Assembly: GCA_963721685.1 (NCBI GenBank)
Contig: CAVRJJ010000001.1
Span: forward strand, 4,555 to 68,554
Direction: 5' to 3'
Origin: an uncultured bacterium
GTDB taxonomy: Bacteria > Patescibacteriota > Saccharimonadia > UBA4664 > SCTI01
DNA: 64,000 bases
In this document: one piece after another, positions 9,564 to 18,684 of the stretch
How positions within the stretch are numbered: position 1 is the stretch's first letter
Layout: every line of letters begins with the position of its first letter
Translations under genes and position numbers: made by a program
Notes under the pieces: generated by a model
The model's database searches: none
Told to the model about the DNA's origin: nothing
What the model saw: the letters and a program-made list of their open reading frames with translations, nothing else

Positions 9564-10327
9564 TGTATTGGCTTCTTAGCGATTCTTGGATTATGACCAA
9601 GCGGAGCATCCTGCATATCATTCGCAGCCTTGACCAGGTGTTGTCGTTAGTACTGTTTCCAATCATGTTCATGCTGTTGAACCGCTACGTCTTAGGCGGC
9701 GCGATTGATACCGGCAAAGTTAGTTATCCAAATTACTTGTTTGCGGGGATTTTAGTTCAAACCTTAGCCTTTGGCGCTAACTACACCACTATCAATTTGG
9801 CGGTGGATATGAAAGAGGGGATTGTTGACCGCTTCAAATCCTTGCCAATGGCTAGCAGTGCCCTCTTGCTTGGCCATATAACGTCCGACATGTTTCGCAA
9901 CATCATTTCAGGGTTAATCATGATCGCGGTAGGTTTCGCGGTTGGCTTTCGTCCAAACGCCAGTCCTTATGAATGGCTCTTGGTCTTTCTCCTTGCGATG
10001 CTGTTTTCCTTGGCTATTTCATGGTTGTCGGCAATTCTAGGCTTGCTGGTAAAAAGCCTGGAGGCGGCCCAGTGGGTGGGTTTTGTCCTTATTTTCCCTT
10101 TAACCTTTATCTCCAGCGCTTTCGTAGAGACTAAAACAATGCCAGAGGCTTTAAGGATATTTGCGGACAACCAACCACTTACCCATGTAATTGACACTAT
10201 GCGGTCTTTATTGGTCGGCACGCCGCTTGATAATTCTGGATGGCTTTCAGTGGTTTGGTGTGTGGCTATCATTATGGTAAGCATGCCACTAGCGGTATGG
10301 ATGTTCCGCCGTAAAACTGCCCAGTAA
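9563..10327 (+). CDS. ABC-2 type permease (DrrB family)
   Basis: Six TMs, GIVDRFKSLP, FPLTFISSAFV..MP; coupled to the ATPase gene. Confidence 0.9.
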   Translation: MYWLLSDSWIMTKRSILHIIRSLDQVLSLVLFPIMFMLLNRYVLGGAIDTGKVSYPNYLFAGILVQTLAFGANYTTINLAVDMKEGIVDRFKSLPMASSALLLGHITSDMFRNIISGLIMIAVGFAVGFRPNASPYEWLLVFLLAMLFSLAISWLSAILGLLVKSLEAAQWVGFVLIFPLTFISSAFVETKTMPEALRIFADNQPLTHVIDTMRSLLVGTPLDNSGWLSVVWCVAIIMVSMPLAVWMFRRKTAQ

Positions 10328-10379
10328 ATAGCTGAGAACGCTACTGACCTGCTCCTGATTGAAGGGCTTGGCTGTTTTT

Positions 10380-10457
10380 GTGGTTTAGTGTTTCAAGGAT
10401 ACTATTTCTCGATTAATTTTTTATTAAAAGTGCTTTAAAATAGTATCCTACAACCAC
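10380..10457. repeat. long imperfect inverted repeat between convergent genes
   Basis: AGGATACTATTT (10396-10407) / AAATAGTATCCT (10438-10449) perfect 12-bp IR plus outer GTGGTT/AACCAC. Confidence 0.6.
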
Positions 10458-10487
10458 TATTTTGATGAAACAATAATTATCTTCGGT

Positions 10488-10937
10488 CTAATGGTGGTGA
10501 TAGTCATGCATCAGCGCGTGGCCTTTACCTTTTTTAAGCAGGTAACGGTTTACTGGGTAGGCAGCCCAGAAGGCTATGAATAGGGCAAAGGCTAGGCTTA
10601 GCCAAAAGGTTGGGTTTGCTAGTCCGCCACCCATCGCCCCGGGAACAATGGCCATAATGGCATTATCAACAATTTCCATGGTAGCGATTGAGAGGGTGTC
10701 GACCGCTAAAGCGATTTTCATGGTGGCGCGTAGCGACAATCCCGCCCGCAACAAGGGGAGCGAGGTAAGCGAATAGCCAAAAAGGAAGGCCAACCCAACC
10801 GCCAACGCGATGGTAGGGGTGGTGCCAAGCCCTAAGGCCTCACCGATTACTAACCCCAGTACTTCACCAATGGCGCAACCGGTTAGGCAGTGCAGGGTGG
10901 CGCTTAAGGCCATTTTATTTAAAGATTTTTGTTGCAT
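10488..10937 (-). CDS. DUF4396 domain membrane protein
   Basis: ATLHCLTGCAIGE, MEIVDN, AYPVNRYL..GKGHA, His-rich tail. Confidence 0.85.
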   Translation of the reverse strand: MQQKSLNKMALSATLHCLTGCAIGEVLGLVIGEALGLGTTPTIALAVGLAFLFGYSLTSLPLLRAGLSLRATMKIALAVDTLSIATMEIVDNAIMAIVPGAMGGGLANPTFWLSLAFALFIAFWAAYPVNRYLLKKGKGHALMHDYHHH

Positions 10938-10962
10938 ACCTTAATTGTATCGCAACAAAGAG

Positions 10963-11322
10963 TTAGTCGCGCATCAGCCAGGCAAGTGCTTCTTCGCGGT
11001 TATCAAAGAGCTTAGTGTTGTCACCCTTTCCCATAGCCATGATGATGGCGTTGGTGACCGCGGCATGACCCACATGATGCATGGCGATTCGGTCGTAATC
11101 GGTTTCTTCAAGGAATTTGAGCGCGGCCTTATCGGAGCCCAGCGAATAGCCAGTTTGTTGGGTCATATCAAAAAGTCCCCGCAGCGGTTTATCCTGGTTT
11201 TTCATCGTAGCAATTAACGGCTGCACCTTATCGTATACGTCTTTAAAGGTCTCACCGGTTTGGTGGCCAATAAATATAACTTCAATGTATCCAGCGGGAT
11301 TAAGAAAAATTTTATTCTGCAT
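10963..11322 (-). CDS. STAS/SEC14 (SpoIIAA-like) domain protein
   Basis: 119 aa, G.QT motif, YDRIA, C-terminal F.NREEALAWL. Confidence 0.65.
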   Translation of the reverse strand: MQNKIFLNPAGYIEVIFIGHQTGETFKDVYDKVQPLIATMKNQDKPLRGLFDMTQQTGYSLGSDKAALKFLEETDYDRIAMHHVGHAAVTNAIIMAMGKGDNTKLFDNREEALAWLMRD

Positions 11323-11366
11323 AACCTTAATGATGGCTCAACCAAGATCTTTTGTAAATCTTCGGA

Positions 11367-12638
11367 CTACTCAAAATAGCGGATTGTTCCAAAGGGGATC
11401 TTGTCTTTCATCGGGTTTTTAGAAAGGGCTACCGAGGCTGGCTGGACTACCAATTCGCCATAGCGGTCGTTAATGGCATTAATGGCATCTTCCAAATGTT
11501 CGCGCTGGACCTGGGTATCGCCGAAGAGGGTAGGTTGGTGGTTGCCGCGGTAAGGCTCCAGACCGTAGCTGCTCATATCAAAGCCATTAACCACCAGCCC
11601 CTGCGGGCCGGAGAGAAACAGCTCCATAGCGCGCTGATGGAGCTGGTCACCCCGGCGGACGGCGGCGGGCCACATATTGCGTCCATGCCACCGCCGCGGA
11701 TGGTCGTAGTCGGCTTCGCTGCCGCGGGGCTGACCATAGCGGAGATAGAGGCTTAAGCCCCGGGCGGCCAAATTATTGCGTTTTAAGCGGCGGCTGATTT
11801 TTACCGCCGCCTTGTGAAAGAGTAGCGAGAGCTCTTCTACCTCATCGGTGCGGTGCTCCAAAACGTAGTTGCGCCCCACGCTGCGGATACCGTATTGACG
11901 CTCGGTTTCATACCCACGCAGCTTTAAGTACCAGTGATGGCCGTTGATGCCGCCAAACACCTGGCGAAACAGTACCCAGTAGGGTGCGCGGTAGAAATCC
12001 ACCGAGCTATAAATACCCGCTTGGTTTAGCCGCCGCTCCATCCGCCGTTTAATATAGGGCAGTTTAACCAGCGGCAGCATGCTAAATAAGGCTTCTTGCT
12101 CGCCGGGGTTGATGGTGAGCAAGCCGTCGGGCTTATGGAACTCGGCGGCTACCTTGGCTAGCCAGCGGTTTTGGGCAATGCCAATATTCACCGTCATGTA
12201 ATCGCCGACATCTTCCTTAATCCGCTGCTTAATCTCCCGAGCAATATCTTCCAGACTGCGTCCTTTTAAAATAGAGTCCATGCCCGCAAAATCAATAACG
12301 CCCTCATCGACACTTTTCATGTAGGCGGCGGGGGAGTAGCTGGCAAAAATAGCCTTCATTTTATGGTGCACGTGGGTGTACTTGTCGGGGTCGCTTTCCA
12401 GCATAGTGAAATCAGGAACAATCGCGCGAGCCTCGTGCCAGCGGGTGCCAATCCCAATGCCCGCTACTTTGGCTTCATGCGAGGCGGTGATGCAAATAGC
12501 GTAATCGTTTAAACGGTTAGTAACGCCTACCGGCCGGCCGCGTAACAAGGGATTGGCCTGCTGCTCAGTCATCGCAAAAGCGCTGTTGAGGTCGATGTGC
12601 ATAATTTTGGGGGCGACGGGGTTGGGTTCAATGGTCAT
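11367..12638 (-). CDS. dinB: Y-family DNA polymerase (Pol IV-like)
   Basis: IMHIDLNSAFA, P.LRGRPV, SVDE, GIAQNRWLAKVAA..KPDG; C-terminal AINDRYG. Confidence 0.88.
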   Translation of the reverse strand: MTIEPNPVAPKIMHIDLNSAFAMTEQQANPLLRGRPVGVTNRLNDYAICITASHEAKVAGIGIGTRWHEARAIVPDFTMLESDPDKYTHVHHKMKAIFASYSPAAYMKSVDEGVIDFAGMDSILKGRSLEDIAREIKQRIKEDVGDYMTVNIGIAQNRWLAKVAAEFHKPDGLLTINPGEQEALFSMLPLVKLPYIKRRMERRLNQAGIYSSVDFYRAPYWVLFRQVFGGINGHHWYLKLRGYETERQYGIRSVGRNYVLEHRTDEVEELSLLFHKAAVKISRRLKRNNLAARGLSLYLRYGQPRGSEADYDHPRRWHGRNMWPAAVRRGDQLHQRAMELFLSGPQGLVVNGFDMSSYGLEPYRGNHQPTLFGDTQVQREHLEDAINAINDRYGELVVQPASVALSKNPMKDKIPFGTIRYFE

Positions 12639-12888
12639 AATAGACCTCGGCTAGGTTCCAAGTAAGCGTTTCAGTGTCAAGCTCAAGCTTAAACTTGGCC
12701 GTGTCGCACAATAATTCAAATATATGATAAAACTTCTTGCCGCGGCGGGCGGGATAATGGATGCCAAACTGAGTGACCTTATAGCGGTGCCCGCGCCAAT
12801 CTACCAGATACGGTAGCACCACGCTAGCCCGCTTGGTATGGTCAAACCCGGCTAGCACCCTAACTGGCTCATTAATCTCTTCGGTCAT
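12628..12888 (-). CDS. small dinB-associated protein (DUF6504-like)
   Basis: MTEEINEPVRV...P....WRGHRYKV...FKLELD....TWNL; AGGAG upstream of ATG 12888; overlaps dinB start. Confidence 0.65.
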   Translation of the reverse strand: MTEEINEPVRVLAGFDHTKRASVVLPYLVDWRGHRYKVTQFGIHYPARRGKKFYHIFELLCDTAKFKLELDTETLTWNLAEVYYDH

Positions 12889-12907
12889 GGCATCTCCTAG
12901 CTTCAAT

Positions 12908-12931
12908 ACTATACCGAACAAAGACCGAACA
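12908..12931 (-). promoter_or_regulatory. direct-repeat operator candidate (GTTC-N7-GTTC) abutting the -10 of the dinB operon
   Basis: Minus strand reads TGTTCGGT-CTT-TGTTCGGT, the last T shared with TATAGT. Confidence 0.5.
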
Positions 12932-12962
12932 CAAGCTATGAAGAGTACGCTATACTTATCGC

Positions 12963-13589
12963 ATGGAACTGCTTGACCTGATTTTGCATATTGACGAACA
13001 TCTGCGTAACGCTGTCGAGCAATATGGCACATTAAGTTACTTGGTGTTATTTGGGGTTATTTTTATTGAAACCGGGTTAGTAATTATGCCGTTCCTCCCC
13101 GGAGATTCGCTGCTATTCGCGGCGGGCGCTTTAGCCGGAGCCGGTTCACTGAGCATATGGGTTCTTTTGCCAGTGTTGTTAACAGCGGCGATTGTAGGCG
13201 ACACGGTTAATTATTGGATTGGCAGTAAGACCGGTGAAGTGGTTTTTACCCGGAAGAATTCACGTATTTTTAGGCCGGCTTATTTAAAGAAAACTCACGA
13301 CTTTTATGAAAAATATGGCGGGAAAACCATTATTATTGCCCGCTTTGTCCCGATTGTGCGGACATTCGCGCCGTTTGTGGCTGGGGTCGGCAGTATGCGC
13401 TATCGGGACTTTCTGGTTTATAATGTAATAGGAGCTTTCCTATGGGTTATTAGCTTAACACTGGCTGGCTTCTTTTTTGGGAAAATTCCTTTCATTCAGC
13501 GTAATTTTGAGCTGGTCGTATTGCTCATTATTGCGATTTCAATCTTACCGGGTGTGATTGAGTATATAAAGCATAAACGGACTAAATAA
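12963..13589 (+). CDS. dedA: DedA family membrane protein
   Basis: FIETGLV..PFLPGDSLLF, GDTVNYWIG and ARFVPIVRTFAPFVAG. Confidence 0.92.
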   Translation: MELLDLILHIDEHLRNAVEQYGTLSYLVLFGVIFIETGLVIMPFLPGDSLLFAAGALAGAGSLSIWVLLPVLLTAAIVGDTVNYWIGSKTGEVVFTRKNSRIFRPAYLKKTHDFYEKYGGKTIIIARFVPIVRTFAPFVAGVGSMRYRDFLVYNVIGAFLWVISLTLAGFFFGKIPFIQRNFELVVLLIIAISILPGVIEYIKHKRTK

Positions 13590-13595
13590 CTATAC

Positions 13596-16382
13596 ATGCA
13601 AGATATCCCGAAAATTCAAAAGTACATACGAGCGGCTAATTATTTATCGGTGGCCCAAATTTACTTGCAGGACAACTGCTTACTTGAGCGCCCTCTGCGT
13701 TCCGGCGATATTAAGCCTAAACTGTTTGGCCATTGGGGCACTTGTCCCGGCATTAACTTCTCTTACGCCCACGCTAATTATTTAATGAAAAAGCATGGGC
13801 AAGAAGCGGTCTATGTGCTAGGCCCCGGACATGGGATGCCGGCCCTACAGGCAAACCTATTCATAGAAGGGACATTGCAGAAATATTATTCCGAAGCCAC
13901 CCATGATAAAGCTGGCGTAACCTACATTAGTAAAATGTTTAGTTGGCCTTATGGCTTCTCCAGTCATTGCAGCCCCGAAACACCAGGATTGATTTTGGAG
14001 GGGGGTGAACTGGGCTACTCCTTGGCGTCGGCTTACGGCGCGGTGCTGGATAACCCCGGCCTGTTAGCGGTTTGCCTCATAGGTGACGGTGAGGCAGAAA
14101 CCGGTGCTATTGCCGCCGCCTGGCACACCAATAAGCTGATTGACCCCGCTACTAACGGCGCTGTTTTGCCAATTATGCACTTAAATGGACTTAAGATTTC
14201 CGGTCCGACTATTTTTGGCCGGATGAATGACAAAGATTTGCTTGATCTATTTAACGGTTACGGCTACGAGCCCTTTATTGTGGAAGGTAATGACGACGAG
14301 ATTGATGCCCGTATGATGGAAACCCTGGAAACCTGCTACGAGCGGATTACCGCTATCCAAAAGCAAGCCCGCGAAGGAGATAATGAATTTACACCCCGTT
14401 TCCCCATGATTATCCTTAAAAGTCCGAAAGGGTGGACTACCGTAAAAGAGTTGCGGGGACAGCCGATTGAAGGCACCATTCGGGCCCATCAGGTAGTTAT
14501 GCCGACGGTGGCGGGGGATGAAGAAGAGCTGCAGGTGCTTGAAACCTGGCTTAAATCCTACCGGTTTGATGAACTATTTGATAAGACGACTGGATTTATA
14601 AGCGACATACTCGAAGTAGTGCCGCCCGACGAGCTGCGGATGGGTGATAGCCCCCATATGTTTGGGGCGCGCTACCAGCCGCTCAAGCTGCCAAGTGCCG
14701 AAGATTTAGCCAAACCGCTTAACACTCCCGGCGTTTTGCAGTCTAACGCTATGCGTATGGCAGGGAGTTATCTAAAACATTTATTTGCCGACAATCAAGA
14801 ATCACGTAACCTGCGGCTGATGTCTCCTGATGAAACATACTCTAACCGGCTGGATGAGGTGTTCGAAGTTACATCGCGCGGCTTCGTTTGGCCTCATCAG
14901 CCAGGTGATAAAGATTTGGCACGGGATGGCCGGGTGATGGAAATGCTTTCGGAACACACCATGCATGGCTTGGCCCAAGGGTACGTCTTAACTGGGCGTC
15001 ACGCCGTTTTCACCACTTATGAAGCGTTTGCCCAAATCTTTTCCAGCATGGCCCACATGTACCAAAAATTCTTGAAATATGTACGGTTGATGCCGTGGCG
15101 CCAGGACATTCCCTCGATAAACTACCTTTTGACCTCCACGGCTTGGCGGCAAGAGCATAACGGCTACTCCCATCAAAACCCCAGCTTTGTTTCGGGAATG
15201 CTGGAAAAGCATAATGACTTCATAAAAGCTTATTTTCCGGTTGACGACAACAGCATGCTGGCGGTGATGGAAGAGGCCATGGGTTCAAAAAACCAAATGA
15301 ACATTATTACCGCGGGAAAAACGCCCGAGCCTCGGTGGCTAAGTTATGAGCAAGCCAAAAACGCGCTGGTAGATGGGTTAAGTGTCTGGGAGTTTGCCAG
15401 CGATAAAAACCCTCATATCGTAATGGTAGGAATTGGCGATTACGTTACTAAGGAGGTCCTGGCGGCTATCGAGCTCATTAAGCAGGACGCGCCGGAAATT
15501 CGCATCCGCTGCGTTAATATGGTGCGGTTGCAGGCTGCCTGTTCGTGCGATGACGCGTTCCATCCCCAAATACCTTCAGCCGAAAAATATTTTACGGTAG
15601 ATAAGCCCGTGATTGTAAACTTTCACGGCTATCCGGAAACGCTTAAAAGTATGCTTTTTAATGTAAAAAACCCCCAGCGTTTTTCCGTGCATGGTTATAT
15701 TGAGGAGGGCGGGACGACCACGGCGTTTGATATGCAGGTGAGAAATCGCACCAGCCGCTACCATTTAGCGCTTGAGGCAATTGAAACAGCGTTGAAAGAA
15801 GAGATTATCAATGAAGGCAAATATCAGCAGTTGACTGAAAAATATCAGAAAGCCCTAGATGACCACCACGCTTACATTACTACCATAGGCGCTGATCCGA
15901 TTGATCTTGAAAACTGGCAGTGGTCCGGCAAGCCGCCCTTGATTGTAAATACTTCCGCCCAAGAACGGGTGAAAACCCTCAAGGAAGCCCGCACCATTGC
16001 CTTTATTGGCTTATCGGATGACACCAGCCGTCATAGCCATAAAGTTGCCCGGTACTTTCAGGAAAAAGGATATCGGATTATTCCTATCAATCCCAATATT
16101 GATGAGGCATTAGGCGAGAAGGCCTATAAGAGCCTAATGGACGTGCCGGCTACCCTGCATATTGATATCGTTGATATTTTCCGTAAGCCAACTGAAGTAA
16201 TCCCCCATATGGAAGAAATTATGGAGCGGGGAGGTATTAGAACGGTCTGGCTGGCCGAAGGCGCCAACAGCCATGAGGCGGAAGTCTTTGCCGAGGATTA
16301 TGGTCTATATTTGGTGACCAACTACTGCATTATGGATGTTGATATAAGCGGCGAAAATGCTCCGGAGAAAGCTCACGTATGA
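13596..16382 (+). CDS. xfp: phosphoketolase (XFP) with C-terminal CoA-binding (YccU-like) domain
   Basis: GHWGTCPG, GPGHG, EGGELGYSL, GDGEAETG, SPDE, LSEH, QEHNGYSHQ; tail TIAFIGLS...GYRIIPINP...LGEKAYKSL..VP...DIVDIFR. Confidence 0.9.
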   Translation: MQDIPKIQKYIRAANYLSVAQIYLQDNCLLERPLRSGDIKPKLFGHWGTCPGINFSYAHANYLMKKHGQEAVYVLGPGHGMPALQANLFIEGTLQKYYSEATHDKAGVTYISKMFSWPYGFSSHCSPETPGLILEGGELGYSLASAYGAVLDNPGLLAVCLIGDGEAETGAIAAAWHTNKLIDPATNGAVLPIMHLNGLKISGPTIFGRMNDKDLLDLFNGYGYEPFIVEGNDDEIDARMMETLETCYERITAIQKQAREGDNEFTPRFPMIILKSPKGWTTVKELRGQPIEGTIRAHQVVMPTVAGDEEELQVLETWLKSYRFDELFDKTTGFISDILEVVPPDELRMGDSPHMFGARYQPLKLPSAEDLAKPLNTPGVLQSNAMRMAGSYLKHLFADNQESRNLRLMSPDETYSNRLDEVFEVTSRGFVWPHQPGDKDLARDGRVMEMLSEHTMHGLAQGYVLTGRHAVFTTYEAFAQIFSSMAHMYQKFLKYVRLMPWRQDIPSINYLLTSTAWRQEHNGYSHQNPSFVSGMLEKHNDFIKAYFPVDDNSMLAVMEEAMGSKNQMNIITAGKTPEPRWLSYEQAKNALVDGLSVWEFASDKNPHIVMVGIGDYVTKEVLAAIELIKQDAPEIRIRCVNMVRLQAACSCDDAFHPQIPSAEKYFTVDKPVIVNFHGYPETLKSMLFNVKNPQRFSVHGYIEEGGTTTAFDMQVRNRTSRYHLALEAIETALKEEIINEGKYQQLTEKYQKALDDHHAYITTIGADPIDLENWQWSGKPPLIVNTSAQERVKTLKEARTIAFIGLSDDTSRHSHKVARYFQEKGYRIIPINPNIDEALGEKAYKSLMDVPATLHIDIVDIFRKPTEVIPHMEEIMERGGIRTVWLAEGANSHEAEVFAEDYGLYLVTNYCIMDVDISGENAPEKAHV

Positions 16383-18130
16383 ACAATCAAGTGAAAGTCA
16401 TTGCTAAAGATTTAGTCGTTAACCAAACCTCCAACTTAAAAAACTACGACCAGGAATACCAAAATTTTTCCTGGGATACGGCGGCGGCAGAAGAGGTTAG
16501 TTTGTTCCCCGATGGGACCCTCAATATTGCCTATAATTGCGTTGACCGCCACGCCGAAGGAAAGCGCAAAGATAAGGTGGCGTTACGCTACGAAGGCGCT
16601 AATGGTGAAAAAGAAGACTACAGTTTTCTGCAATTAAAAGAATTAAGCAATAAGTTTGCCAATGTCCTAACTTCCCAGGGGGTTGGCAAGGGTGAACGGG
16701 TATTTATTTTCCTGCCGCCAGGGCCGGAGCGCTATGTTGCCTTTTTAGGCACCTTAAAGCTGGGAGCGGTGGTAGGGACAATGTTTGCCGCGTTTCAAGA
16801 AATGGCGTTATTAGATCGCTTGGGTGATAGTGGGGCTAAGGTTGTGGTGACCGACGCGGACCTCTACCCGCGTATTAAGAATATTCAAGATAAGCTTCCA
16901 CATTTAAAGCATATTATTATCGTCGGGCGCGGATCGGATGAAAAATTTCAGGCCGAGAATATCATTTCTTATGAGTCCGAAATGGAGAAGGCAGACAGCG
17001 GCTTTGATGTAGCCCATATGCAGAAAGATGATTTTGCCTACATGCTCTATACCTCTGGTACGACCGGCAAGCCTAAAGGCGTGGTACATGCCCATTTTGA
17101 TATTCTTCAAGCCATCGTTACTACCAAGTATGTGCTCGATATCCAAGAGGATGATATCTATTGGTGCACGGCAGACCTAGGCTGGGTAACCGGTGTTGTA
17201 TATGGCGTTATCGGTATTTGGGGCTTAGGCGGAACCTCGGTTGTTTACGGTGGCCGCTTTAGTCCGGAAAACTGGTATAACGTTTTACAATCGCATAAGG
17301 TGAGTGTTTGGTATTCCGCGCCAACGGCTATCCGTATGCTGATGGGGTCGCCGGTTGACCCGAAAAACTACGAGCTGGGGTCGCTTCGACATTTATGTAG
17401 TGTCGGCGAACCCCTTAATCCGGAAGCAATTTGGTGGGGGCTAACGGCGTTTGGTTTGCCCTTCCACGACACTTGGTGGCAAACCGAAACCGGCGGCATT
17501 AGTATTACCAATTACGCCGCGCTTGATATTAGGCCGGGCTCAATGGGCAAGCCCTTGCCCGGCATAGAGGCGGCGATTATTGATGACGACGGAAATCCGG
17601 TGCCCGACGGGGAAGAGGGTAATTTGGCACTTAAAGCCTCAACCGTCTCTTCGCTGATGAAGACGATATGGCACAACCAAGAGAAATTCGATTCATACTT
17701 TAAGAATGAGTGGTACCTGTCCGGTGATGCCGCGATGAAGGATAAGGACGGTTATTTCTGGTTTTTTGGCCGGGTAGATGACGTCATTATGACTGCCGGT
17801 GAACGAATTGGACCATTTGAGGTGGAAAGCGCGCTTGTTAGCTACCCAGACGTTATTGAGGCGGGCGTTATTGGCAAGCCCGACGAGGTGCGCGGTGAAA
17901 TTATCAAAGCGTTTGTGGTGGTTAAGCCTGGCGTTGAGCAAAGCGATGAGTTGAAGGAGAAATTGCGGCTCCATGTGAAAAAGCATTTGGCCGGCCACGC
18001 TTATCCGCGCGAAATTAGTTTTATTGATAAGCTGCCTAAAACCCGCTCCGGAAAAATTATGCGCCGGGTATTAAAAGCCCAGGAGCTGGGTTTGCCAATC
18101 GGCGACACCTCAACCCTCGAGAACTTTTAG
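16379..18130 (+). CDS. acs: AMP-forming acetate--CoA ligase
   Basis: YTSGTTGKPKG, WCTADLGWVTG, SVGEPLNPE, DTWWQTETG and LPKTRSGKIMRR. Confidence 0.92.
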   Translation: MNNQVKVIAKDLVVNQTSNLKNYDQEYQNFSWDTAAAEEVSLFPDGTLNIAYNCVDRHAEGKRKDKVALRYEGANGEKEDYSFLQLKELSNKFANVLTSQGVGKGERVFIFLPPGPERYVAFLGTLKLGAVVGTMFAAFQEMALLDRLGDSGAKVVVTDADLYPRIKNIQDKLPHLKHIIIVGRGSDEKFQAENIISYESEMEKADSGFDVAHMQKDDFAYMLYTSGTTGKPKGVVHAHFDILQAIVTTKYVLDIQEDDIYWCTADLGWVTGVVYGVIGIWGLGGTSVVYGGRFSPENWYNVLQSHKVSVWYSAPTAIRMLMGSPVDPKNYELGSLRHLCSVGEPLNPEAIWWGLTAFGLPFHDTWWQTETGGISITNYAALDIRPGSMGKPLPGIEAAIIDDDGNPVPDGEEGNLALKASTVSSLMKTIWHNQEKFDSYFKNEWYLSGDAAMKDKDGYFWFFGRVDDVIMTAGERIGPFEVESALVSYPDVIEAGVIGKPDEVRGEIIKAFVVVKPGVEQSDELKEKLRLHVKKHLAGHAYPREISFIDKLPKTRSGKIMRRVLKAQELGLPIGDTSTLENF

Positions 18131-18136
18131 CGAGCG

Positions 18137-18520
18137 TTAGGCGCTTTTGCGCAGCCATATTTTGGCATCTTTGAGGTTCGAGAAGTAGTGCGTATTAGGT
18201 TGGGCAATAGTCTTAAGCAAAAGATTAATCCCGGTTCGAAGCGCCGCCGACCCATCACCAACCATAGCAGCCCGGTCATAGTCGAGAATACGCCCTAAAA
18301 TAGCAACCGCCCGCACTGCCGGCATATCGGCTTTTCCAATTTTGCTGACATCATCAAGCAGTAATACTTTTTTCCCAGCTTGGCGCAGTTTAACAATTTC
18401 GTCGGTCAGCTCGCGGCCCATGGCTTCAACCGTAGCGCCGGTTTGGTCGCCAACGACATTAATTCGCAAGATACCGTCTTTAAAATAGATCTGATTTTCT
18501 GAATTAACGGTATCTGGCAT
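18137..18520 (-). CDS. STAS/SEC14 (SpoIIAA-like) domain protein
   Basis: GDQT, LDYDRAA, F.NLKDAKIWL; paralog of 10963-11322; start uncertain. Confidence 0.6.
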   Translation of the reverse strand: MPDTVNSENQIYFKDGILRINVVGDQTGATVEAMGRELTDEIVKLRQAGKKVLLLDDVSKIGKADMPAVRAVAILGRILDYDRAAMVGDGSAALRTGINLLLKTIAQPNTHYFSNLKDAKIWLRKSA

Positions 18521-18621
18521 ATCTCTCAAGGATAAGGGATTGCGCAAGGGCAGTAAAGCTATTTGGGTAGAAGGGATTCTTGTTGATTGAGGGCTGATCG
18601 GCTTGCGGTAGGAAAAAATGC

Positions 18622-18650
18622 TTGACGATAATTTCCATTGCGGTTATGCT
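18622..18650 (+). promoter_or_regulatory. sigma70 promoter of the surface-protein cluster
   Basis: TTGACG-17 nt-TATGCT; downstream AAGGAG RBS before GTG 18685. Confidence 0.65.
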
Positions 18651-18684
18651 TAGGCTAATTAACACAAAACACAAGGAGCTGACA

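Noticed and set aside
12889-13032. Longer start for the dinB-associated ORF
   Set aside because: It would overlap dedA and the divergent promoters; the RBS supports ATG 12888
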